Part shown: positions 11,401 to 23,361 of the stretch, in pieces
Layout of the letters: each line of letters starts with the position of its first letter
Numbering within the stretch: position 1 is the first letter of the stretch
NCBI RefSeq assembly: GCF_021869535.1
Contig: NW_026262734.1
Span: forward strand, 40,152,487 to 40,192,502
DNA from: Mytilus californianus
Lineage: Eukaryota
Length of the DNA stretch: 40,016 nt
Reading direction: 5' to 3'
The notes under the pieces: model-generated
Seen by the model: the letters and a program-made list of their open reading frames with translations, nothing else
What the model was told of the DNA's origin: nothing
Database searches by the model: none
Made by a program: the position numbers and the translations under genes

Positions 11401-11865
11401 ATGTATGACAGTTCTTAGTATTGAACATTAATCAGAGTCTCTATTTGTTATTGCTATAATACCAAAATTGTCACAGCAGTGTTCCTTATATTTTTAAAAA
11501 GATAATGATGACATTCAGATGCATGACGGGTGCTAGTACAGAGCAGAACTCAGCTCTAGGAATGACAAATTGCAAACTTTTGATATTGTCATGTTGAAAT
11601 ATGATATTGATATAAATAAAAGGTGGTCTGTAATACTTGAATGAGACAGCAACGAACAAAACTAAAACATAAACGACATCTAGAGTTCAAAGTACAGTGC
11701 TCAACAATAAAGAGGTGTATATAATAGTTTATGGACTGTTATAGAACTTAACCTTTTGTATAGACAAATGTCATTTGACGAAGACTGTATGTTACCCTCT
11801 AGATATCGTCTGCTTATTTTGCCATCGGGTTGTTGTCTTATTGAAAAAAGTAAAACAACGAAAAT

Positions 11866-12310
11866 ACCGACACCCGTGCACACCTGTTTCAAGGAATTCA
11901 TTCACAGAAAATTTCATTAGAGTAGTTTTCTTCGGATTGACATTTATATTGTATTTTTTTATGTGTGTTCTGACATTACCCCCAAAAAGTATTAAACCCT
12001 GTTTTTAGTTTTATTATTTGTACTTAAGTCGTTGGCTTTCTCAATTTACAAGTCGTCGCATTCAAAACATTAATCTTATGACAATTACTAACATTTTAAT
12101 GTCAAATGTTTTCACTTGTGAAACCTTTTATTTTAGAAAAGAATCTAGTATTTCCTTAACCGACAGATGAATCGGTTGTTTGATGTTTTTTTGTTGTTGT
12201 TTATGCGAAATATAAACTGGTATTGTTAATATAAAATTTTAATTTGAAATTTCTAGAAAAATTACAGACCCTTATGTTCGAAGTTTTGTTGTTTTTACAC
12301 GGTAAATAAT
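11866..12310 (+). repeat. Copy 1 of a ~450-bp intronic segmental duplication (partner at 13652-14125)
   Basis: cacccgtgcacacctgtttcaaggaattcattcacagaaaatttcattagagtag...aaccgacagatgaatcggttgtttgatg... is about 93% identical to copy 2. Confidence 0.85.
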
Positions 12311-12790
12311 TTCGTTTACATGTTTTTAAAAATGGTGGATTAAACCTAGTTTTACAACTAGCTAAACCTTTCACTTGTATGACAGTCGCATATAATTCCA
12401 TTATATTAACAACAATATCTGAACAAAACAAAGAGACATAATAGGAAAAAATGTAAAAAAAATAGGGGTGCATTATTTAACATTGTGTTATAATATTAAT
12501 CACTATACAAACAGATGAATATGTCAACAAAGAAAATCAAAATGGCATAAAGACAAAGCACATAAGCAAAAATGAATGCAGGAGTACAGAAAATGACTAT
12601 AGCACAATAACACAATGGCGGGATGTATCGAGCCACGCCAAAAGGATATTACCAAATATGGACTAAAAATAAAGGTTAATAATTTACAAACACATATAAA
12701 AGAACACTATAACACGTAATTAAGATGATAAACAACGTCAGTACCTAGAACTTATACTTCAAGACCAAAACTTGACGTTTACTCACGTGT
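12300..12790 (+). repeat. Interspersed repeat family A (5'-truncated copy). It carries the aaaatggtggattaaacc...ctagctaaacc...tgtatgacagtcgc core and the distal aacacaatggcgggatg motif.
   Basis: It is collinear with the 22393-23100 copy. The core also occurs at 18985-19130 and, in minus orientation, at 20450-20565. Confidence 0.65.
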
Positions 12791-12847
12791 CTATTTATCA
12801 ATCTATACTTTATTTTGAAATATATTAGTCTGTTACTTCAATTTCAG

Positions 12848-13206
12848 ATTGCAGACCAGAAATCAATTTAGACTATGATAGTAAACCAATTAAAGACAAT
12901 GGTGGCACACACATTCCCATTGGTAATAATGGTCACGTGGATTCTGTTGCTAAAGCTGGTAGATTTAACGGCATCGGACAATTAACGATATGGTTGTATT
13001 CAAATATTGACTTTGGACAAAAATTGACAATAAGTTTTCGTTTCTACGATTTCCCAGGAGGCCCGGATGAACAAGTTTTAGTTTCTAATTGTAAGGATCA
13101 TCATTTAGGTGCTGTTGAAATTGCATTAGCGCCAAGAAATAAAGAAGTTATTTTTAGAGCAGATACCGTTTCTAGTGGACCTGCCGAAATCCGATTACCA
13201 TATAAG
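12848..13206 (+). CDS. Plus-gene exon E3 (phase 1-0), the N-terminal part of a LamG/concanavalin-like domain: CRPEINLDYDSKPIKDNGG...ISFRFYDFPGGPDEQVLVSNCKDHHLGAVEIALAPRNKEVIFRADTVSSGPAEIRLPYK
   Basis: Acceptor atttcag|at and donor tataag|gtaagc. The 119-codon frame is open. The exon is homologous to minus exons 30152-30510 and 28534-28648. Confidence 0.7.
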
Positions 13207-13369
13207 GTAAGCATACAAATCAAGAGTTATTTCATTTGCAGTTGGCAATATTTTAGTATATACGCTCAATGAAAGATGCTGTTTATTGGAATACTGGTTA
13301 AAAGAAGGACTCTGTTTTGTTTTTAGAATAACCTGAAGAAATTACAGATTTACAACTAGAATTAGGTAA

Positions 13370-13445
13370 ATAAACTCATCATAGATACCAGGATTGGAAT
13401 TTTGTATTTGCGCCAGACGCGCGTGTCGTCTATAAAAGTAAATCG
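13370..13445 (-). repeat. Short interspersed family C unit of about 65-85 bp: ttgtagacNNNcgcgcgtctggcg...cctggtatctatgatgagttt, with a conserved agacg/cgtct stem
   Basis: The reverse complement matches copies at 35850-35935 and 39215-39300 on the plus strand, and 19455-19530 on the minus strand. Confidence 0.55.
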
Positions 13446-13651
13446 CATTCGACACATTTTAAGGTCTGGTTATGTAAATACCTCTATTAAAATTTTAATT
13501 TTGAAAAATATAGATATACCTTTATGCAAAACAATAATAATACAAATCTATAACAGTAATACGAATGATTTCATAGGCGTAGGTTTTGTGACCTTGAATG
13601 TGCAAGCACGCAGTCCTTCTTCACAATATATTAGATACAGTGCGATATTGA

Positions 13652-14125
13652 ACACCCGTGCACACCTGTTTCAAGGAATTCATTCACAGAAAATTTCATT
13701 AGAGTAGTTTTCTTCGGATTGACATTTATATTGCATTTTTGATTTGAGCGTTTGTTCTCATGTTCTGACATTACCCCCAAAAAGTATTAAACCCTGTTTT
13801 TAGTTTTATTATTTGTACTTAAGTCGTTGGCTTTCTCAATTTACAAGTCGTCGCATTCAAAACATTAATCTTAAGACAATTACTAACATTTTAATGTCAA
13901 ATGTTTTCATTTGTGAAGCCTTTTATTTTAGAAAAAAATCTAGTATTTCCTTAACCGACAGATGAATCGGTTGTTTGATGTTTTTTTTTGGTTGTTTATG
14001 CGAATTATAAACTGGTATTGTTAAATAATATAAGATTTTAAATTGAAATTTCTAGAAAAATTACAGACCTTTATGTTCGATGTTTTGTTGTTTTTATGTA
14101 AATAATTTCTTGTTTACATGTTTAC
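13652..14125 (+). repeat. Copy 2 of the ~450-bp intronic segmental duplication
   Basis: Collinear with 11866-12310 and in the same orientation. It lies on the other side of exon E3. Confidence 0.85.
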
Positions 14126-14625
14126 AATGCATTTCGTCGTACATTGTAAGTCGTAAACAATGTACGATAACTTTTGCTTTAGTCATGTTAGTATCAATCA
14201 TTTGTGTGGTTTTGAAAGAAATGTTCAGAGGAATCGTTAAAGATCCGGCTTTCGTAGTTTTATGAATTTTACCATCAAAACCTCTTTAAAGTATTAAAAT
14301 GAACACAAAAAAGGAGTACCTCATCACAAAATAACGAATTCCTCACACGAGAAGATTATTCGTATCAGTTGTACATAAATCCTCTGTTTATACATTGTGT
14401 TATTTTATGAATCACGAACCTTATGTTGCAAATCCTAAAGTAAATTTTATTAATACATTGCTTCTATTTTATTGAGAAGTCTCGTATCTTATAAAACATT
14501 TGGCTTTGACTTTTCCCTCTGAATGAAAACACCATATTATTAATTTCGTTCGTTTGAAGCGCTTTTCTGGATTTACCTTCACAAGGATCGTTCAAACACA
14601 AACATCGAAATCCAGGGATGTATAA

Positions 14626-15125
14626 TACCGTATAGCGGGTTATTTTCAATGGGTGTTTATTTTCGCTTATTTTGGCGGATAAGGGAAAATCGCTAAATTA
14701 ATTTCCGCGAAAATTTATGCATACGTTCTGTACTTTCTAATAGCTAAAGCGTTTTGAAAACTCGATTTTTCCTGTTCGTCGGATCAATAATGGTTTATTA
14801 ATTTAACCAACATAAATGCGAAAGGCTATTGTTCCCTGGCTGTCAGGTGTGTATTAGTGAATTGGTTACATAATAAAATAATTAATAATTTAAGAGTGTA
14901 AGGTACTCTATCAGGTATTTAATCCAAATTAATTAGTGTCAATTTATAGTCAATTTTAGTTGCAAGTCACTCATGATAATATTTAACTGCACCCATTTCA
15001 GTATCCGCCAAAAATTAAATTGTAATTAAAGAATCCGCCAAAATAAAAACCGCCAAAATTTTCGTATACTTTGTTGCCCCTAAATCGCGAAATTTACACC
15101 CGCGAAAATAACCCGCTATACGGTA
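14626..15125. mobile_element. MITE of about 500 bp with a 22-bp TIR taccgtatagcgggttattttc, and cgcgaaa- and ccgccaaaa-rich sub-termini
   Basis: Left end taccgtatagcgggttattttcaatgg. Right end cgcgaaaataacccgctatacggtac. No ORF. Confidence 0.7.
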
Positions 15126-15588
15126 CATAGAATCGTTAGGAACTAAAGATGATTATTAAAAGCAGCTCGAACGTTAGTGAATTCGTAATGTTAAAAAAAG
15201 GAAAGAAGATATCAACATGATGAAGCAGATATGTCAAAGAACAAAGACTATGTCGTGGCTAAATGAAAAAGACAGACAGACAACACTCCACTTAACACTA
15301 CAGATAAGATTAAAGTTTAGTATCACTAACTCAACCAAAAACAGTGATTAACTCATCTGTTCCTGAAGTGTAAGTAGTTCCTGCTCAACTAGTGGCACTG
15401 TAACTCATAATCAGTTCTTATTTAGTGAAAGGTCGCATTCGACATCAAATTATTCTTAGTTACATACATTGAATGGCCTCACATATGATCAGACCTCCAT
15501 GGATTAAACGGTATGTGAAAGTAATTATTTACGTAAAAAACCATTGAAACTAAAAACAATTTATCATTATTTACTTGTTTGTCAACAG

Positions 15589-15679
15589 GATAAAGCATGG
15601 AAAAATGTCACATACGTATATGATGGAACAGCATTAAGGGCAAAGGTTGATGATGAAGAACAGGCTGTTTCCATGAAAG
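15589..15679 (+). CDS. Plus-gene exon E4 (phase 0-1): DKAWKNVTYVYDGTALRAKVDDEEQAVSMK
   Basis: Acceptor ttgtttgtcaacag|ga and donor gaaag|gtaaaatc. The phase joins E3 and E5 exactly. Confidence 0.65.
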
Positions 15680-16754
15680 GTAAAATCATGATTCTTTTTT
15701 TGTGTATAGAAATGTGTTATAGTTATAATAAAATTAGTCGGATCACATACAAGGCTTAAGATGCAAAAAGTATGCTGTATACCTTGTATAACATATGATA
15801 CTGACTTATATTTATATCCTCAATACCAAGTCAAACTTATCGATCATCCACGGGATGTTTTGTATATTGATTTGATCTTAATGTGGTCTGATCATTACAA
15901 TAACTTTCTGTGTCATTTTTGTTACTTTACAGGAAATAAAACATTAAATGCTAATTTACGTTTGAATTTTCTTTGGGTACAAAACAGTGTAAAGGGTTCT
16001 TCATCATATGCACCATATTTTCTGTACACTCAATAATCGTCCAAACAGTTCTTCGTGTGGTGGCCGTAGTGATTCTGGTGACAGGTATATTAGATATCCT
16101 CTCTATTTAAAAAACCTATGAAATAATGTCAGTAAGAAAAAAAAAAGATTAAAGAATTGGCTGAAACAAAAACTGAACTTGGTTAACTTATTAACAGTTA
16201 ATTGCTGGCGTGACAAACGGTTAGATATTATGTACTGTTAAAAGGTCGTATTATGACATATATTTAAGTTTAGGTGAGCTGTTTGGCTGTCATGTAAAAG
16301 AAATAATTGAATTGTTATCTTTTGTTTCCATGTTGTTGCATTTATTCATTTTTATTCATTCTAATGCATTTCGTTTGTAACGATAATTTTCGTTGGACGT
16401 TTACAAATATTTTGAAGAGTTAGATTCCACGTTCTACCAGTCCGTAGCTAAGGAAAGCCACCATTCTAAATTCCGAATTTTTGTGGAATGTAATTTCTCA
16501 AAAAAAACAAAAAAAACTCAAAAAAGTCCCATTTCGTGCCTCAAAATCTTCCTTTTGTGAATATTTAAACCATTCAAAATCATACAAAATGTATAAATAC
16601 GTCTGCTGTTTGACATCAATAGTATACCTATGACGTCACATTGTTTAGATACCAAAGACAATAACAGTTTTTCGTACCTTTTCATGTATGACAATTTTAA
16701 GCCAAATATTTACTTAGAACTAATTTATTTAAACATGTAGCATTAGAATGGAGA

Positions 16755-16915
16755 TAACTGTATTGTACTTTAAGCTTGGTTTTCGTAAAACTTGATTTTT
16801 ACTGTCGCAAATATCCGTTTACCTATCTCCGCTACGCGTCGCCAGGTAAACTCAATTTGCGACAGTAATATCTACTTCTTACGAAGGCCAAATTTAAAAT
16901 ACAATACAGTTATCT
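16755..16915. mobile_element. Hairpin-forming MITE of about 160 bp. TIR agataactgtattgtactttaa / ttaaaatacaatacagttatct, plus an internal palindrome tactgtcgcaaat / atttgcgacagta.
   Basis: Nearly perfect inverted symmetry was read directly. Confidence 0.6.
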
Positions 16916-18894
16916 ACTAATTTTGACCATTCAGATTTATCGTATTTTCTTACAATATATTTGAGTGGCAACATGCAAGCTACTTGGTAGTACAGAGGCT
17001 TATACTTCTATGCAATGAGGCATGCTTCAGAAATCTGGTTAGTGATTTTTGCTGCGTCTGTAAACATTTGCGTTATCACAACTTAGGTAGACATTCGATG
17101 ATTTGGAGCTTGTAATACGGTGTTGTTGCTTATCTAATAGCTCGAGCCATTTACTGACCTCTCTCTACAAGAGTTGTGTTTAGTTGGAGATAATAATCCA
17201 TCAAACACCAAAATGACACGAGAGTGAACACTTGTACATATATATACAACCAAATAAGTTTTCAATAACAAGCAAAAAACTAATATCCTTAGAAAAGTCG
17301 TAAAAAGCCTTTGATAAAACACATTAAAAAAATTAAAAGATCGTTCAAGGGAAATTGCCTTAATTTATGAAACAAAAACATATGGCCAGAAGGTAACGGC
17401 ATCTACTTGATTAAGGTTATTTTACTGTGATTGGAATAATTGAACCATCCTCTAATATAGAACAGTGGTATAACAACTGAGCAATTGTATAAACTAAAAA
17501 TTATCAAAATAAACTCATACCTTGCCATTAATTTAAGTTTTTGGAATATTTTGAATTTTCAGACTATTCCGTGTCTTTTACACTACAAACTTGTGGCATT
17601 GCGTTTCGTTTGAAACTTTTGTTCACAACAAAACAAAATGGTTAAAATAAAACAAAGAAGAGAAAAATTCAAAAACTTTATTAAGTAAAGAATAAAATTC
17701 TCCATAACCATATCACAAACGAGATTGTGCAAAGTAAAAATTCATTCCAACTCTGAAGATATCAATCGAGACCCTCTTAATGTCACAACATACAAGAGAA
17801 AACATAAATACAAATTCCCATGGTATACGAACTTGTCCTACTATAAACCATCTCTAATGAAGCATAATGTGACAATCCATGTAAACTGTCGCTATAATCA
17901 TCCATCTTCATTTGACATTATAAGGTTTCAAGCTAAATAATGGAATGTAATTAAATAGTCTACTACTTCTTTGTTTTTTTACTATCGTATCATGTATTAC
18001 ATTAAAACATTAGTCAGAAATAATAGTTAGATGTTAACGGACTTTAACACGTATTACAAAAAAGGAATATAATAAGAAATAACAACTAGGAAAATAAGAT
18101 ACTATAATGAAAATAACAAAACCAAAATTTTCTTTCTTTTTACATTTACGTATCACGCAAAGTATAAATACAATCTTCAACATTTTCGTCCATTATTTCA
18201 GATAAATTTGGACGTACTTATTCATCATTAATTTTCACCATGGTTAAGTATTTCCGAGTATCTAAGATACTGGAACAATTGATTTATTATGGAAACTTAT
18301 TCGATTTCTTGTATCAAGTTTTTCAATGATCTTTTAAGAGTTAGATGTATGTACCATCTAGTATAAAAAGTGTATGACAGTACTTAATAAACACGGTTCA
18401 CTCATTTAAAAAAAAATTAACAGACTGACATAATGATATTTAAATGATGTCGTGATCTTAAACTTATTAATGATTATCTATTTGTTGTCATCATCCATCA
18501 AGTTGACTTTAAAAGATTAATTTCCGAACAGACATCATTTTCAATGGACTTTCAAATTGCAAATACATGTAAAAGAATAATAATACTAGTTTTTGGTGCT
18601 TTGAATTTTTTGTTGAAAGTTCTTACCATGCCAACATTTTATAGGTAAAGTTGAACGAGTCTAAACAAGAGATTATAACCGATTTAAGACTTAAGGGAGT
18701 ACACAAATGTAAGAAGATCCATGTCTGACCTGTTTTTTTCATGAAAATAAAAGTTTGCACAGCAGATGATATATACTTATCGGTCATATTTGCTTTTTTC
18801 TTTATTGTTTTGTCATCAAATTGGCTGTTTACTGTTTGAATTGTTTCGCATTCATGCATTTTTAGTTTTTTGCGTTTTGCTCATTGTTGAAGGG

Positions 18895-18985
18895 TGCGCA
18901 GTGACCTATAGTTGCTGACATAATGTATATCTACATCATTTGGACTCTTGTTAATAGTTGACTCATCGGGAATCATACCACATCT
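18895..18985 (+). repeat. Interspersed family B tail motif (...ataccacatctccttatttt), abutting a family A copy
   Basis: Related to 20806-20875 and 28985-29050. Confidence 0.4.
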
Positions 18986-19130
18986 CCTTATTTTCATATA
19001 ATTTAGGAAGTTGAACATTTGAGTCATATTCCTGACTTGGTACAGACATTTCCTGTGTAGAAAATGGTGGATTAAACATGGTTTTATAGCTAGCTAAACC
19101 TCTCGCTTGTATGACAGTCGATTTAGAACA
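18985..19130 (+). repeat. Interspersed family A core copy
   Basis: catattcctgacttggtacagacatttcctgtgtagaaaatggtggattaaacatggttttatagctagctaaacctctcgcttgtatgacagtcg. Confidence 0.7.
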
Positions 19131-19454
19131 ATAACAGTTTATTTTCTTTGAATATAAGAATCTTTTTAATAAAGGAGGGTTATCTTTATCATTTTTATTA
19201 AAGTCACATAATCCACTTCTCTGTATCTTCTAATTTTCTTACATTCTAGATCACTTGTTTATATAAAATGAATATCTTAAATACATATTTGTAGTTGTTA
19301 AACTTAATTACTGCATAGTCCAATTTTCTTTCGTATTTCAGAATTTAGTATCTTTAATGGATATGGCTACATTGCGCACATTAAATAATAATTTATTTTT
19401 AACAGCGATCAATTTTAGAAGCTGTTCACCGGTTTTATAGGTTAGGTGTGACAA

Positions 19455-19530
19455 TATTGAATAAACTCATCATTATACCAGGATAAAAAAATGTATGCTA
19501 GATGCGCGTTTTGTCTACAAAAGACTAATG
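19455..19530 (-). repeat. Family C short interspersed unit
   Basis: aaactcatcattataccagg...gctagatgcgcgttttgtctacaaaag is the reverse complement of the consensus. Confidence 0.5.
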
Positions 19531-19747
19531 AAAATATCCCTGTGATATTTTTCACCTCTTTTTGTCATCAGTCATGCAATACTAGTTGTTTAATCATTGT
19601 ACTCCTATTGCCAAATCTCTTAAAAAAATACGATTGATACATCTCAAATCCATTAAAATGGTTTTGATTTATTATTCCCCCATGCAACTAAGTTGCGTAG
19701 GGTTTAATGTTTTTGACCCGTCCATCTGTCCGTCCGTCAGTCCTGTT

Positions 19748-20050
19748 TTTTGTCATCGCAACTCTTCTGACACCACATACAGAATTTCATGAAACTTTGA
19801 AGATAATAATGACATACTTTGTAGATGTCAATATCACCAGAAAATCAGGGATTTAATGTTTTTCTTGGAGTTTATGCCCCTTCAAACTTAGAATTTTGGC
19901 CATAATTTACTGCTGCAACAGTTTATCATCGCAACTCCTCAGAAACCACACAACAGAATTTCATGAACAATGTAGTTAATAAGGATATATTTTATAGATG
20001 TGCATATCGACAGAAAATTATGATTCAATGGTTTTTATTGCTTTTGAAAA
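19748..20050 (+). repeat. Local tandem duplication, two units of about 150 bp
   Basis: tcatcgcaactcttctgacaccacatacagaatttcatgaa...cagaaaatcagggatttaatgtttttcttg versus tcatcgcaactcctcagaaaccacacaacagaatttcatgaa...cagaaaattatgattcaatggtttttattg. Confidence 0.6.
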
Positions 20051-20449
20051 AAATGAACACATGAACTTGGAATTTTAAGCCCAGTAACAATGAAGGGCTT
20101 GGGCTATAGAGCGTGCTCATAAAGGTTCTTCAATTTTGGTGTGTATGTGCTCTGGTATGTCTGTTGAAAGCATACTTGTGAAAGTATTGCAAGGCGTGAG
20201 TGCAAGACATATCCCAAAAGGAACATTTGTCAGTCATCTGTATATAGGTCTTTGCTCTGTCTGCAATTGCAGGTGAAAAGTATCTCTTTCGATATTTGGT
20301 GATTTTTAGCGATCACGACCGTTTTGTCAATAAATAAAACTTAGGCTTTTATTGTTTCACTGCTTGTCTCATTGACAATAACCCTTCTACATTATTCATA
20401 ATGATATTTCTGCTGTACCCCAATTTTTGACAATATAATGTAATTCTAT

Positions 20450-20565
20450 GCGACTGTCATACAAGTAAGAGGTTTAGCTAGCTATAAAACCAGGTTTAAT
20501 CCACCATTTTCTACATAAGGAAATGCCTGTACCAACTCAAGAATATGACAGGTGTTTTCCATTCG
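20450..20565 (-). repeat. Interspersed family A core copy, inverted relative to 18985-19130
   Basis: gcgactgtcatacaagtaagaggtttagctagctataaaaccaggtttaatccaccattttctacataagg... Confidence 0.7.
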
Positions 20566-20805
20566 TTAGATGTGTTTGAGCTATAGATTTTGCCATTTAA
20601 TAAAGGACTTTCCGTTTAGAATTTCTCTTCGAGTTCAGTATTTCTGTCATTTTACTTTGTTCTTTCCAGGTCAAAACAGAGATATTAAGATATCTTTGTT
20701 GTTTTTTTTAATATGCTTTGATCCATTTGATTCAACACAATAAAGCAAGAATATAATTCGTCTCTTTGTAAACCAGCTGTTACATAATATGTATAATTGT
20801 TAACT

Positions 20806-20875
20806 TTTTACACATTGTGACTTGGATGGAGTGTTGTCTCATGGGCACTCTTACCACATCTTATTTCTATTGAAT
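20806..20875 (+). repeat. Interspersed family B copy
   Basis: acacattgtgacttggatggagtgttgtctcatgggcactcttaccacatctt is about 85% identical to 28985-29050. Confidence 0.55.
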
Positions 20876-20969
20876 GTCATTGTTGGTGTTTTTTTGGTCT
20901 ATTTCATACTATAATTTCTCAAATATTCAGTGGTACATATATTTAATTTTAATTTTCTTTGTCTTGCAG

Positions 20970-21046
20970 GGCATTTAGATACACGATCAGGTGGATTTGA
21001 GATAGGGATGTGCAACAGACGTGGATATGTTGGATATATTGATGAT
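20970..21046 (+). CDS. Plus-gene exon E5 (phase 1-0): HLDTRSGGFEIGMCNRRGYVGYIDD. It ends at a GC donor (gat|GCAAGT).
   Basis: Acceptor ttctttgtcttgcag|gg. Only the GC-AG intron keeps E6 in the protein-like frame, and the donor matches the GC-AG consensus GCAAGT. Confidence 0.55.
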
Positions 21047-22392
21047 GCAAGTTTTTTTTTCTCAAAACCGTTTAAAGTTTACTTTATTTCTGCTATCTTG
21101 TAAACTTTTGTCATCGTCTTACTTTTCACATTTATAAAACTCGAACCTTTCTTTATGTGAGCATCACATAGAAAATGCATCAAATAGCTAGTTCTTACTA
21201 CAATCAAAACAAGTGGATTCCTGTCTTTCATGACAGTAAATATACTTAGCACATACTTACAACTTATCGTCCAATCAAATTGCTTATATTTGCCTTCTAA
21301 GTTTATCGTACATTCTTTTTTCATTGTACTAAGTAACTATGCATGAATGACCACAAGGGTAAGATTTCATTGTATCGTAATCAAGATATTAAAAACAAAA
21401 TTTGACACTGGCTATTTTAGAATAAAATGCTATGTCCCAAATTAGTTTTCACATTGATTTTTATATATCCTGCTATTAAAACCTTTGATTTTAAAACATA
21501 TTTTTGACAACTGCAAGTTTCTATCATTTAAATAAAGAATAACTAATATGGTCTTTAATACCTTGATTATAGTACCAACCTATCATATAAGTGTGGTAAT
21601 TTATCATCCATGCAATTAGTTTGTACACAAAAAAGTATGTACTATGAAACCTTGTGAAGGGAAATTAAGGCAACTCGATGATCTTGTTAAAACATGATCT
21701 ATTTCATCATGAATTGAAAAACCTTGATAATGTCTGAAGGGAATGTGCCACCTATATCTATATTCTGATAAAGCTTTAGGTTTTTACTTTGAAATGAAAA
21801 GAAAACCAATAATTTTTCAAATTGATCTATTGCTACATATAATTGCTTTTTAATGCCTAACCGCAAAATTTTCTATGGCACACCTATCTATATTTAAAAA
21901 AAATATTATAGCACTGTTTTACTGTGAAATTGATTTTTGTTTTCAAAACATGTAACGCTCCTACTGCAATTTAAATATGTATGCCTGTTTTGGTCAATTA
22001 ATTATTTCATCTCAGCATTTAAATAAGGACATGTAGAAAGACACCGCTATATATAGATATGCAAACTTACACCAGCAGCTACCATCTTTTCATTCTGAAT
22101 ACCCATGATACTAGTGAATGAATTTACAAAACATAAAACTTAGTTAATGAACTTTGTTTTACAAACACCTGTGATACAATAGTCAGCCAAAATAAACTAT
22201 CAACAGACCAATTAAAAGATAACTCGAGTTGTAAATATGTGCTAAATTGGATAGTCTATGAAAAGGTATATACTATGAAATTAAGAGCTCGGGGCAAGCC
22301 CCTCTCTCTAAAAAGTTAAATCACAAAAATACTGAACTCCGAGGAAAATTCAAAGTCCCTAATCAAATGGCAAAATCAAAAGCACAAACATA

Positions 22393-23100
22393 TCAAACGA
22401 ATGGACAACAACTGTCATATTCCTGACTTGGTACAGGCATTTTCTTATGTAGAAAATGGTGGATTAAACCTGGTTTTATAGCGCTTAACCTCTCACTTGT
22501 ATAACAGTCACATCAAATTCCATTATATTGACAACGATGCGTGAATAAAACAAACAGACATAAAAGGTAAAAATGTCAAAATAGGGGTACAGCAGTCAAC
22601 ACCGTGTCCCAATCTTAATCACAACAAAACAAACAAATATTTAACAAAGAAGCACAAAAAAGCATATATCACATTTAACAACCTCGTTCATTGCTTACTT
22701 ATTTTTCTATTTTATTTATGTATGCCAAATCAACCCATAAAGGATCGAAGGATTTTAAGCACTGGTTTAACATTAACTCTGGCGTAGAATCGCGTGTTTG
22801 ACGTCAGAATGTAAACGTCACACAGGTAGAGATATAAAATAATTTTGTCGTTCAAAGTATGCAAAAATTATAATAGAACAATAACACAATGGCGGGATGA
22901 TTAAAGTACAGAGACACGTCATATGTATCAAAGAAACATATAAAGTCACACGGACAAAGCACATACGTAAAAATGAAAAATGATACAAACAACACAATGA
23001 CGGGATGCATAAGTACAGAGTCACGTTAAATTTCATAGTATATACCTTTCATAGACTCACCGATACGTTGACATTTCTTTGTTAAAAGGAGATAACGTAC
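22393..23100 (+). repeat. Longest copy of interspersed family A, about 700 bp with no ORF
   Basis: The head is aacgaatggacaacaactgtcatattcctgacttggtacaggc. The core and the distal (caa)caatggcgggatg..agtacagag motifs occur twice. Confidence 0.65.
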
Positions 23101-23361
23101 ATGACGCAGAGTTATTGTGAAAGGAATTGGTTTAATCTAGCCGAATCATGTGCATTAGATGACTGTAGATTTATTGTTTTGAAAATTCACACATTTACGC
23201 TTTCTTAATGGCAAATTCCATAACACTACGATCGAAATGTTTCCTAACCTGTTTTTTTATTCTTTTTTTTAATTGCCTGTTTTTTTTTTCTTTTACTTTC
23301 CCGCATTTACACATATTATTGTTCTTGGACTTTGCGTAATATATATTTTTCTTTTTTGCAG

